Origin: Macrostomum lignano
Lineage: Eukaryota
DNA: 64,000 bases
Reading direction: 5' to 3'
Assembly: GCA_002269645.1 (NCBI GenBank)
Contig: NIVC01000012.1
Span: forward strand, 682,001 to 746,000
The position numbers and the translations under genes are program-made. Below are positions 31,149-50,500 of the stretch, piece after piece. The notes under the pieces were generated by a model. That model worked only from the letters and a program-made list of their open reading frames with translations, was not told where the DNA came from and made no database searches. Positions within the stretch are counted from its first letter, which is position 1. Each line of letters starts with the position of its first letter.

Positions 31149-33136
31149 TCAGCGGAATCGTCCTGCACCTGCAGTGAGCAGGAAGAGCGGATCAGGTGAC
31201 GATTCGACACCAGGAGGAAGTGGGGCGGCAGGTTGCGTCAGCTGCTGCTGCGGCGGTTGCTCCAGCGTCAAAGGTCCCGGAGCTGCCGTCTGCTGACACC
31301 AGCTAGAGACAGTGGTGCCGCTAGTGTTGGCGTTCTCAGGCCCGCTAGTGCTGTTATTGTTGCTGTCACCGCATGGTGATAAGCTGAGTTTGTTCCTGAC
31401 GCAGATGGAGGCCGCTGGATAGCCGTAGATCCTGGCGTGCAACTGCTGCAGCCAGCGCTCCACTTGTTCGTCGTTGGCGAAGATGCTGCAGAACCGACCG
31501 TCAAACAGTTCCACAGGGATGCAGTGCATCAGGGCTTCCCGGCCGAGGTCGTGATCGCAGATTCGGATAAATGTGGTAATGACGTATCTGATGAGGATTA
31601 AAATACGATGATGGGTCTGCTGGGAATCTACGTTAAGACTGAAGGTAAAATCAACACACCCTCTGATGATACTGGAGGTTGTAACATCAGTGCATGACTT
31701 GCAGTCAGCGCCCCCCCGTTGGGGAGCCAAAAATGCAGTAAAAGTTTTTTAATAAACTACATGTTGCGTCTCATTGCAAAAGCCCTAAGCAATCCTTTGT
31801 AAGCCTTGCAATCTCAGAAATTCTCTCGCACAATCCTTAAAATATCAACTTTCCCCCCTCAACATCTCAGCGATGACCCCAATACGAGTAAGTCTTGAAA
31901 TATTAAAAAATCTCCTGTCAACCTTCTAACCTTAACCCTAATCCTAAAGCATTGACATTTCAGTTATTCTCCCCAAGAGTCGCTATAGCATTACATCTTT
32001 ATAGCGATTCCCTCCAAGCCTTCGACATCGTAGCGACTCCAAAATGAATTTTTTAACTTCAACATGACGCTTCTTCGATCAGTGACCCCCGTGAGAAGCC
32101 AACAAATAATGTAATAAAAGGTTTTGAATAAACTACACGTAGCTTCTGACTTTAGCCTTGACATCTCAGTTATTCCCCCCGTAAGCATTGATTTAAGATT
32201 CAAAGCCATCCTAAAACCGATAAGAAAGAATTCAATCTCTAATGGATTCACTTACTTGAAAACTCGTTTTGACTGGTCGCTAAAATCTGACAGAAACTTT
32301 CTCTCTAGCCGGATTACCAATCGTCCCATCGCCCAGAGCAGCTCTCTGAAGCGGTCGTAACTGTGGCACAGGTAGTTCAACACATCGTCACAGCCTAGAA
32401 AGCTCATGAGGATCTTTAGCGCCATCGACCGGCCAACCTCGGAGATGCACTCCCCCAGACAGAAGGTGACTAGACGGAGGAGGTCGCCTCTGGTTGGCTG
32501 TAGGTGCTGCAACAACTGCTGCGGCTCCTGACGCTGGCAGACGGTCAGAATTAGCGACAAGGTGCAGATTCTCAGGTGCTCAGTGTCGCGAGTTTTCCCT
32601 ACAACGCCCAGGAAAGGGAAGAAGAGGCGCAGAGTGCCGGACTCCAGGAACGGCTGTCGGGTGCGCCTGTCAATGACCAGACGCTGCTGCAGTGCCGCCA
32701 CAGAGCAGAGCAGATGCACACCTTGGCTGTCCAGGTGCGGCGGATGAATGTCCGGATACAGCCGAACAGTCTCCATCACCAGCATAGCCAGCACACCTGG
32801 CGTGCACCACAGCAGACAGGCCAAATCCGGTATGATGTCGGACTTCTTGCAGAGTTCAATAATAGCAGAATATCGCCTAGTATTGTCGGCTAGATCGGCC
32901 AGGGACATTGCCCAGTCCAACTGCTGCTGCTGCTGTTCTTGCAGTTGCTGATAGGCAAATTCTGAGCCGTCGAACGTTTCCCCGGCTGGACTGTCTGTCG
33001 CCCCGTCATACAGAATGTCCTGCTGCATCAGAGGCACGGAAGCTGAGTTGGTAAAGTCGCAATAACCCCTGCTCCATTCGATATCATACGATGCCTGGTG
33101 TGAGTGCTGCATCGGGTGGTCGGATAGGTCAGCCAT
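31149..33136 (-). CDS. CNOT9: Divergent CCR4-NOT subunit 9 (Rcd1/CAF40) paralog, 439 aa, 2 exons
   Basis: Exon 1 is 32256-33136 (donor AA|GTAAGT) and exon 2 is 31149-31587 (acceptor CAG|A), in phase. Matches to recalled CNOT9: ELCKKSDIIPDLACLLW (ELSKKRESVPDLAPMLW), KTRDTEHLR (KTRPFEYLR), YLCHSYDRF (YICQTYERF), REALMHCIP (REALRQCLP), RWLQQL (RWLAQL). Confidence 0.88.
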
Positions 33137-33191
33137 GTCTCGCTTTCTGTCTCACCGTTGGCAGTCTGTCTAGATTTGATGCGCCAGGCTC

Positions 33192-33199
33192 TATTTATA
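33192..33199 (-). promoter_or_regulatory. Candidate TATA box (TATAAATA) for the CNOT9-like gene
   Basis: Canonical TATAAATA 56-63 bp upstream of the ATG at 33136; position and motif only. Confidence 0.35.
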
Positions 33200-33884
33200 A
33201 ATCATCGGAGACCAGATGACTCATACACTATTCAATAACTTCACTGTACGAGCTACTCTTCCCAGACTTGAATGTTGAGAGAAAAGGCAAAGTCAGTGAG
33301 CGTACACTGAAATGTACACAATTGGTTCATCGATATTTCTTGTCACTGGCTATCACTTTGTGCAATTGCCTTATTGCTACACCTGTGAGTTCTGTTGTAT
33401 CCGATATTTTCGTGTGCAAATAACAGAAGCGGAGATTATATTTGTGTGTAAGTAGTCGCGTTGAAATTAAAATACCCTCTCTGCATAACCAATCAGTCAG
33501 TGAGTCAAAATTAAAGTCTTCATTATTATACGAACTAATTTTATCAGCATGAAATACAGTACATATCCAAGTCAAAACAGAGTAAATTTGTTATACATAC
33601 ATAATTTTTAGAAATAGCAGTGAAATGTCTGTATAACTTAGCGCTTTATCCTATGCTTGTAGGCCTGCTATAATTTCTAGTGTTGAAACTATAAATAGAT
33701 TATTTAGACTCTCAGCATCTGAGTCTGTCTAGAAATCACACTGGTAATCACTTAAATGTAGGAGTAAATGGATTCATAAAGAAAACATGCAAACGAATAG
33801 TTTATCTTTAAACTTGTCCGTTTCATTCCAAAAATATGATTGTAGTTTCTTTCTGATACAATTTAAAGAACTGATGGCAAAGTT

Positions 33885-34466
33885 TTATCCAATCTTTTTT
33901 ATGGAGATTGGTGGCAGACCGTTGAAGCCTCGTCGAATGTCCCCAACGCTGGGTATGGTGACAGGGGCCAGCTTATTGAAGTCGCACAGTCTGGCTCGAG
34001 TTGCGCAGCGGATATTGCTGTACAGCAATGACTGCTGCTGCTGCTGTTGTTGTTGTTGCTGCTGCTGCTGCTGCTGGTAGCGTCTCTGCGTTAGTGTACT
34101 CGCCTCGGGGGCGGTGGCGAACGAGTTGTACCTCTCGGTTAGGTTTCTGAAGCTGAGCTGTTGCTTGCCTTTAAGTTCGGAGTCTACTACAGCTCGTCCG
34201 ACCGTAAGCTTTGGCAAAGAGACGGTCACCGGCTGAGGCGGGTTAGCGTTTCTCAGAGTCGGCAGCTGGCTTCGCTGTCTGTGCTTGTGGCGGTCGGTTC
34301 GACTGCTACTGCCGTCTGCTTGAAGATATGTCAGCCGGTGAGCTTGAGTCGTCTCACCAGAGGCAGCAAGGCCCTCGCTGCGGCTGTTGCCGCTGAGGTA
34401 GTCAGAGTACCACTTGGGAAAGCGAAAGGCTCCGTCATTTTGTTGAGGCAGAGCCAGGATGTTCAT
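33885..34466 (-). CDS. Orphan ORF with a polyglutamine tract, 193 aa from ATG 34466
   Basis: Open frame MNILALPQQNDGAFRFPKWYSDYL...Q14...ISIKKIG* with mixed CAG/CAA codons in a GC-richer island; no family recognised. Confidence 0.45.
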   Translation of the reverse strand: MNILALPQQNDGAFRFPKWYSDYLSGNSRSEGLAASGETTQAHRLTYLQADGSSSRTDRHKHRQRSQLPTLRNANPPQPVTVSLPKLTVGRAVVDSELKGKQQLSFRNLTERYNSFATAPEASTLTQRRYQQQQQQQQQQQQQQQSLLYSNIRCATRARLCDFNKLAPVTIPSVGDIRRGFNGLPPISIKKIG

Positions 34467-35509
34467 TTTTTGATCCTTTATCGACTGTGAGTTTTGTCTC
34501 CTGAGAAAAGCAGAGTTCTTCTCATTCAAATTGGCTGTCTGCTTCTTCTTATCTAGTTTGAACTGTCTGCTTTTGGTCGACTGTCTATCAAAAAGCAAGC
34601 TTTAACTGCACTAACCTCCTACCCCTAATCGCCTATGCGGCTCTGGTTGCCGATAGATAAAATTACCAACTAATTTGTTTGGAAAGAAAATGACGAATAG
34701 ATACCAGAGAGGCCCAAGGAGAGGCAGCAAGAAAAAAAAGATCGACATTGGCCAGCGCGACCTCGCGCTTAGGGGGCACACAGATTGCCTAAAATAGACA
34801 AATTAACTATTCCGTTAACTAAGTTGTTGCGAACTCTCTCCGCCAGCACTATGCCGGTAGTCCGCATAGCAGCTTAACCGTACACGTGGTCACTACAAGA
34901 TGCACCATCACTTCCTTTGTTAGCCAATGCCAGAATCTTGATATTAATCACCTACTTCGGACAGTGGAATTCTTGCCGGTTGCATGTAGCATCCATTGAA
35001 ATGTACAATAAATCTTAAAATTTGACTGAATGTTTACAAAGGCTGAAAACTTCAGCGCTTACCCTTCTTATATTTATTGTATTTCAATTAGCAAAGCATG
35101 CAAATATTACATTGCGCGTTGAGTTGTAATTAACGACAATCCAAACCTTGGAACCCGTTTTAATGTTTTTCTGTGTACCTTCAAAAACACTTATATGATC
35201 CTTCGGAATGAGGGAGAGGGACAATACAATTGTTAGCAACTAACTACTTATTAGTAATGTGCCATGCTAGCGGAGAATTTGTGAAATGATGTCAGCAATC
35301 AAGGAGAGGTAGACTGACGGTCCCTTTCTCATTTTTAAAGTTATCTGGATGTCCTCTTCGAAAGTTATTAATTTTGTTTAGTAGTAAGTCGTCACTATTA
35401 AAATTTTCATCAATTGTCTTGCCTCTACGCTTATCTACCCATCCCCCATGCTCTCGAATTGATGCCTCCGTCAACAACAAACAGGTGAATCTTAGCCACA
35501 AGATGCGAC

Positions 35510-43234
<7,725 letters not shown>

Positions 43235-43444
43235 GAAATTCTCGTAATTCCAATTGTTAATTTTCGCTATCGAAAACCGTTTTCGCTTTATCAGCTATTC
43301 CATCCATCGTATTTATATCTGGACTTTATTATCACGACATTCTGATTGGTTCGTCGGTTTGTTTTACAACTTAATCGACTTTTCGGGAGGACAGTGACTA
43401 TTCGGCAGATTGGGGAGCTGGGGAAGAATATTGAGAATAAGGTG

Positions 43445-44100
43445 AAAGAGGAGAGATGAGAGAGGATGGAGAGAGGGAGAGAGGAGAGATGAGAGAGGGG
43501 GGAGAGGGAGAGAGGAGAGATGAGAGAGGGGGGAGAGGGAGAGAGGAGAGATGAGAGAGGGGGGAGAGGGAGAGAGGAGAGATGAGAGAGGGGGGAGAGG
43601 GAGAGAGGAGAGATGAGAGAGGGGGAGAGGGAGAGAGGAGAGATGAGAGAGGGGGAGAGGGAGAGAGGAGAGATGAGAGAGGGGGAGAGGGAGAGAGGAG
43701 AGATGAGAGAGGGGGGAGAGGGAGAGAGGAGAGATGAGAGAGGGGGGAGAGGGAGAGAGGAGAGATGAGAGAGGGGGAGAGAAGGAAAGAGTCGTAAAAC
43801 CCTAAAGCACTGGCGCGGTAACGCAGATGCTTAAGCAAATGGTAGATGTTTGGAATATTTGATATTCTTCCTGAGAGGGTAGATGGGAGAGAGGGAGAAA
43901 GGGAGAGAGGGAGAGAGAGAAGAGAGAGGAGAGAGAGAGGAAAGGAGGAAGAGAAGTAGAAAAGGCAGGTTGGGGAGAGGAACAAGAGAGAGGGATAAGG
44001 AGAGAGGGAGAGGAGTGAGGAGAGATAAGGAAAGAAGTAGTGGTGGAGCGGGGGAGAGGGAGAGGGAGAGAAAGAGACTTGAGTGGATTACCAAGTAGAG
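43445..44100. repeat. Purine-rich block: about 31-bp tandem unit GAGAGGGGGGAGAGGGAGAGAGGAGAGATGA plus GA low-complexity sequence
   Basis: Tandem units over 43445-43780 and GA-rich sequence over 43880-44100, between two divergent genes. Confidence 0.9.
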
Positions 44101-44531
44101 ATAGGAAAGAGTAGACTCAGAACGGGGTGAAAAGAAATCTTCTGCACAGACCACCATATTGGATCTAGATATCCTGATAAAGCATCAGTGGTCGCATACG
44201 GCTTTCCGAGAAAAGCAGTGAAAGTCGGTTCTAGTTAGAAAGAAAAAAATTGTTTAGAGTTCAACGCGCTGACAGTCAGCCCACTTTGGCTGGTCAATTG
44301 CATGTGACTTAAGTGAAACTTTTCAGCGGGCAGCCCAACTGATAAGAGCTCAGCACTGCAATTGACTTACAGATTTTTGTGCCTAGATATGCCATGCTCT
44401 GTTATCAAAGCCCTGTCTCACTCCATAGGTCATAAGGCTAACTGGTTTCTACACTGTAAAGCGTTGAGCATTGAGAAGCAGGGTCTTCGTTTCTGCTTTG
44501 GATTTTGGAGCTAACAATTTTGAAATCAGAA

Positions 44532-47500
44532 ATGCGAGAGCGGCAGCTGAGCTGGTGCCAGCTGGCAGTCTGTCTAGCTACCCTAGTTAGCTTGGCTGAG
44601 TGCGGACGCGCGTCTTATTGTTCAAAAGTGGAAAATGAAGGTTAGGTTCTGCACTATTGTATTTAGCGTTTGCTTTGACCATGGTATCTACTGAAGCCTC
44701 AATAGCCCCCCCCCTAGATCCACCAAAGGACCCTTTCACCCTCCAAATGACCCCATGATCCTCTAAAGGACCCATGTTCCTCTAAAGGACTCCTTGATTC
44801 TACAAGTAACCCCTTGATTCCACAGAAGACCTCTTGATCGTTCGAAGGGCCCTTTGATCCTACAGGAAGCCCTTGATCCTCCAAACGACCCCTTGATCCC
44901 CTAAAGGACTCCTTGATCCTACAGAGGACCCAACGATCCTCCAAAAGACATCATTATCCTCCAAAAGACCCCATGATCCTCCAAACGACCTCCTGATCCT
45001 CCAAAGGACCTCCTGATCCTCCAAAGGACCTCATGATTCTCCAAAGGATCTCATGATCCTCCAAAGGACCTCCTGATCCTCCAAAGGACCCCATGATCCT
45101 CCAGCGGACTTCTTGATCCTCCAAAGGACCCTTGATACACCAAAGAACCTCCAATTGATCCTTCAGCAAACCTCTTCGTCCTTAACGATCCTTCAGTGAA
45201 TCATCAGTGTAGGGAGAGCCAGGAGGTGTAACGGACGCCAGCATTAGCACAGCACAGTTGGCCTGGATTAAAATAATTTATTGGACTAAAACTGTGTTTC
45301 AGCATGATAGCTGCGTAGGAAGCCTCGTTGGAAATCTCACTTTTCAGCGCTGCAGAGTGTGTATTTTAGCTATTTGAAGTTGCTCACAGATTCGCAGTGT
45401 CCCGGCACAAATCAACCTTGCAGGCCCATCGCCACCGTCAATTTCGAATATTTTTCAAGCCAAAATCGAAATGAAGGATAAGGTGCGCAACAAGACCACC
45501 GAGATGGAGATGTGGTTCGAGTCTGAGCAGCAATTGGCTCGGCTCAACATGCTGCAGGAGAGCACAGAGTACGATGCGTACTATTCGTTTAAAACTCAAG
45601 AGATATTCATTGTCTCTAAAGGTGGGAACAGATTTGTCAATTAAAATCGAGCTGAAACGTTTACGTCGTAATCAATACTTGAGTGCACTTTTATTATCAC
45701 TTGCAGAAGTTCCCTGCACAGTATTCAATATGACGGCCAGAAACGAGCTGGTGGTGCTCATTGGCAAGTCTGTGAATGGAAAAATTGTGCCTAAAGATAC
45801 GATGAGCATGTTTCGGCTGAATCCTGAGTTTGGAATTGTGAGTCGTTGAATAGTTTGGAGATGTGGTTTAATGAGGGTAGGTGGGGCATAGCCCAGTTGT
45901 CTAACATGGCGTTCTGATGTGCCCTCCATTCCCAGTGCAGTCACATTAATTTGGGGACGAAATTGAAATCTTGGATTGACTCTGCTCGTGCAATTAATGC
46001 ACAGGTTGAAGGCCAGCCCCCCAAGGCACAGTGAAGTGTACATGCCTAACGATAAATAAAGTTAGGGCCGCTGTACACTCTTGTTCGAGAGTGTGCCTCT
46101 ACGTATGACTGCGTACGTATCCGCGCGCTTGTTTGCCTGAAAAGGGGAGTCGGCGGAATGGGCACATTGTCACACAACTGGCTCTCGCCGGTTGTGTGAC
46201 AATGTCGCTTAAAGTACGCCAGGGTGCACACAGCCACCCAGCCTCTAATAAAAAGGGGTCTGTTGTTTGATTGTTTAGCAATCGAACAATCGAACTCAGG
46301 AGCTATGATGAGACGTCTGGACCGCTTGACTAACGAGACTATTAGATTTTGTATTCAGCTACTGTGTCCCCCCTTTTCCAGAAATACGTTGCCACTGACA
46401 CGAAAATTCGAGGCATTGCGGCTGACCGATGGTACAGCTGTCAGAGTTGGTCAGAGATGAGCTCGGAATTGGAGGTCAACTGGTACTTTTCGAGTGAGCC
46501 CAATTCATAATTCATAATTATTTTGAGTAGAATTTACAACATTTACTTGTTTCTGAAGCTTGGAAATTGTAAAAAAATAGAAGGATTTTATCGGAAGCTA
46601 GCTAGATGTATACCGTTAGGACATTGAATACACTCTGAAAAAAATTGGTGATTCCTACTGAACAAATTCTGAAATTATATCAAGGGCTGTTGATTTTATG
46701 CACAATTGTAAATAAATTGTAATGTTGCCTGTCTGTCTCTGAACAGCAAGAAGGAGTCGTCTATATAATTTAAAAGAAGTTTCCCCCGCATTTTGACTCC
46801 AGAACCCGGATGGAGCTCGCCATCGGCAGCCCCGATTCCGCTGCGCATAGAGATGCACGGAGTTCGCACGGAGTCAAACATTACGAGAAATTTCTATCAC
46901 GTGTACGATTTTGTGCAATTTCGAAACTACCTGGAATCGCCAATGTCAGTATTTCAGGTTAGATTTTATTTTAAGTATTTTTATTTGCGTCACTGACAAT
47001 TTACCGGTATTTTGATAGTTTGTTGGTCCTGTAAGTTTTGACGCCACTTTCTGAGAACAGTGGCCTAGCAGCCAGCGAGAACACTTATCCTTAAATCAAA
47101 CTTGTAAACTTGACAATTGTCCAAAGTGCAAATAGGTTCTATTTAATTTGAGCTTTGACACTCGGCCCTGAGCACTCGGCATCGCTCGATTCGGAATTCT
47201 CCTATGACAAAAAACCGGGAGCAAAATTCGACTCATTTTATATTATATTCAATTCTAGACACCGCAAGGCACCTACTGCCGTGACCGGATCAGGACCAAG
47301 CCTTTGCCTGACCTGCACCCAATCATGACCTTCACCTGGGAGGTGATCGCCGGACGTGCTGAAGCGCTGGACTCGGTCTTTTATGGGAGGTTAAGCTACG
47401 ACAGCTCGCAAAACATGGTCCGCTACGACTACAGAGAGCCCGAATCCATGTACAAAGGTCCATTTTACAATCTGGGCACCCTGACTGTTATTCACGACTT

Positions 47501-50500
47501 TAATTCTGGTGTGGCTTATTATATCGACGGAGTGAGAGGGAACTGCACAGACCAGGCCATCGGGTCTGAGTTCATCGACACGAACGATGTGGACATCATC
47601 GACTCGCCTGGTTGGCACCTGGTTGAGCTGAGGAGTCCTAAAGACCTGTTCCGGTTCGATGACTCTTACCAGTATGAGGGCAAGGTAAGGCGTTATTGGG
47701 GGGGGGGGGGCAGAGGGGGGCAAAGCGTGCGCGGCCTTGTTGTGTGCACGAACATTTACCGGTAGGTTGTTGTGCAATTCCCACCCATGAGGGCCAACCC
47801 CCAAGGCACAGAGAGTGCACATGCATGCCGATTAGAAAATCAAAGTCAGGGCGGCAATACACCTTGTGTGAGCGTGTTTACGAGTGCGCGCCTGTGCACA
47901 GTGTTGGCATGCATACATGTGCTCTGGAGTCAGCGGAATGAGCGGAATTGCCTCAGTGCTGGTTGTGGTACGTACGATGTCGCCAGAAGCCATCGAGATA
48001 CAGCTCTCGTGTGAATATTTTGTGGTCACTTTCGCAAGGCCGACATTTCGAGGTTATGAAAGATTCATTTGATGATGTGAAATTTCCAGCTTATGAAACG
48101 AATTTTTGAACAAGAGTTTGCTACTCAGAATAAAAGTTTGCGTGTACTTATGGCACTTGCTTTAACTGCGTTATTTTCATATTTTACTAATTTTTCAGGG
48201 TATGGTTCGCGGCCTCCCAGTAGACATCTATATTTCTCTGCGTACAATGCAAACTAAAGGACTCGTGATCAACGTTACCTACGAATACTTCATCCTAGAT
48301 GTACGTTTGACTTTAAAATGTGCTTTAAAATAAGATCTGCTGTGATTAAAATCTAAACGCAATGTAATCCCCATTTACACAACCAACGCAGGAGAGTGTT
48401 ACGGAGATTGCCATTGGCAAAGGTCAAGTTGGCTTAGGCAAAAGTGTGCCCATCGAACTGCGGATCACTTCGTACAACGCGGACGGTTCGGTGAGAAAAG
48501 ATGAAACGCTCCCTTCTTGGTTGTGTAAAATACTTGCTTCGGTTTAGTCCGGAGCTTTGCTTCGGTTTGGTCCGGAGCTTTGCTTCGGTTTGGCCCGGAG
48601 CTTTGCTTCGGTTTGGTCCGGAGCTTTGCTTCGGTTTGGTCCGGAGCTTTGCTTCGGTTTGGTCCGGAGCTTTGCTTCGGTTTGGTCCGGAGCTTTGGTT
48701 CGGTTTAGTCCGGAGCTTTGCTTCGGTTTAGTCCGGAGCTTTGCTTCGGTTTGGTCCGGAGCTTTGCTTCGGTTTGGTCCGGAGCTTTGCTTCGGTTTGG
48801 TCCGGAGCTTTGCTTCGGTTTGGTCCGGAGCTTTGCTTCGGTTTGGTCCGGAGCTTTGCTTCGGTTTAGTCCGGAGCTTTGCTTCGGTTTGGTCCGGAGC
48901 TTTGCTTCGGTTTGGTCCGGAGCTAGCTCATGTCTAGAGAAAAATATTTAGCCCTAATTACTAAACTTTAGTAGGCAGATTTTCAACAGCAGAAGCCCTC
49001 ATTTCTTGTCTACAGGAAGGCGATCCGTCCTTCAGCCACTATGAACGATACAACTTCTTCAACTTTGAAGTGTCGGACCCGGACAGCAGCACAGGCACGG
49101 ATGTCGACCAGCTTCAGCCATTCCAGTTTGATGTCGGCTCCTGCTATACACAAGAGCAGCGACTCAACTTTGTGCTCAAGTTTTCAGCTATCAATGGTAG
49201 TTTTCTGGATTAAACTACCAGTTTTAATGAAACTATTTCGAATAAAGATACACTTTTTAAACATGTTCCCCTTTACTTTTCTAGGCACCATGAAGCCAAA
49301 GGACATGAACCTGACGGAGCTATTCATCAGAAGCGCTGTCAAAGTTCTTGTCGCCAGCGACATGGGTTTGGCAAGCCCGATTCGATTCCAGCACCCGCAG
49401 CTAGACTATGACGACAAATATCTCTACTTGACAGTCACTCTGCTAGATAAACCGCATGTCTACTGTGAGTACTAAAAATAAAATTTAATACCACTTTTTA
49501 GTGTAGAACTCTCAAATATATAGCAAGTTTAAACCTCTAGCCATAGATACTACCTCTAGATACTAAAATACTCTGCTAGAAGGTCGGATTTTACTCGTAG
49601 AGTAATTTTTATAGAGATCAGAGCGTCCATTGTCGCCTAGTTTCACCTGTTAAAGGTCTTGAAGCTCGGTCTGTGAGAAGGCCAGTGGCGACATACCATA
49701 TTTTTCGTTTCTTATCGGCCTCCCAGCTACTTTTAAAGAAAGTTGAGTTGTAGCGTTCCTCTACTGAGTAATTCATAATCTCTGCATCAAAAAGGACTAC
49801 TCTGTAAAGTTTCCAAATTATTTAACGTCCAACAAAAGGTGAATTAGGATAATTTGCAAATATCAATCATTTCAAAACATTCAACAGCTCAGTTCATCAA
49901 AGTGGACAGCTCGAAGAACCCCACCGTACTTCGCATCGACGACTCAGCCCAGCAGAATAACGAGGAATCTTGCCTCGAGTCGTGCAACACGGAAGTATCG
50001 AGCGGCTGCAACACTGTCGCTTTTTGCTCGGGACCGAATCTGCCTCAGGGTCGGAACTGTCTCTATTCGGCTCTGTTCGGCTACCAGAAGAATACTCAAG
50101 GGGCTTATACTTGCTCGGTTTTTGTGCGTAAGTAGTTTCTGAGGCTGATAAAAAGTGATTAGTTTTTTAAACCAATCCTGCTTTTCACCGACGGTTTTTG
50201 ATTTTTAACTTAATGTAACAATTAAAACATAAACTAACTGGATTACATGTAGATGTGTTCTTCTGTAAGTTGAGATATTTAGGACCATAGTCATCAGACG
50301 ATGTTGAATTATATAAAAGGTCGCCAAATTGGGACCAAAACCCGTACGGCAATCCGGCGTCTATGACGTCGCTGACGTATGACGTCGCTAAGGTATGACG
50401 TCGCTGACGTATGACGTCGCTGACGTATGACGTCGCTATCCGTCGATGTAATGCAAAAGAACATATTTTGTCATCGACGTTTTCTTATCACAAGGGCAAG

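Noticed and set aside
31925-31948. Interstitial telomere-like CCTTAA/CCCTAA units in the CNOT9-like intron
   Set aside because: Only 3-4 degenerate units; compatible with chance.
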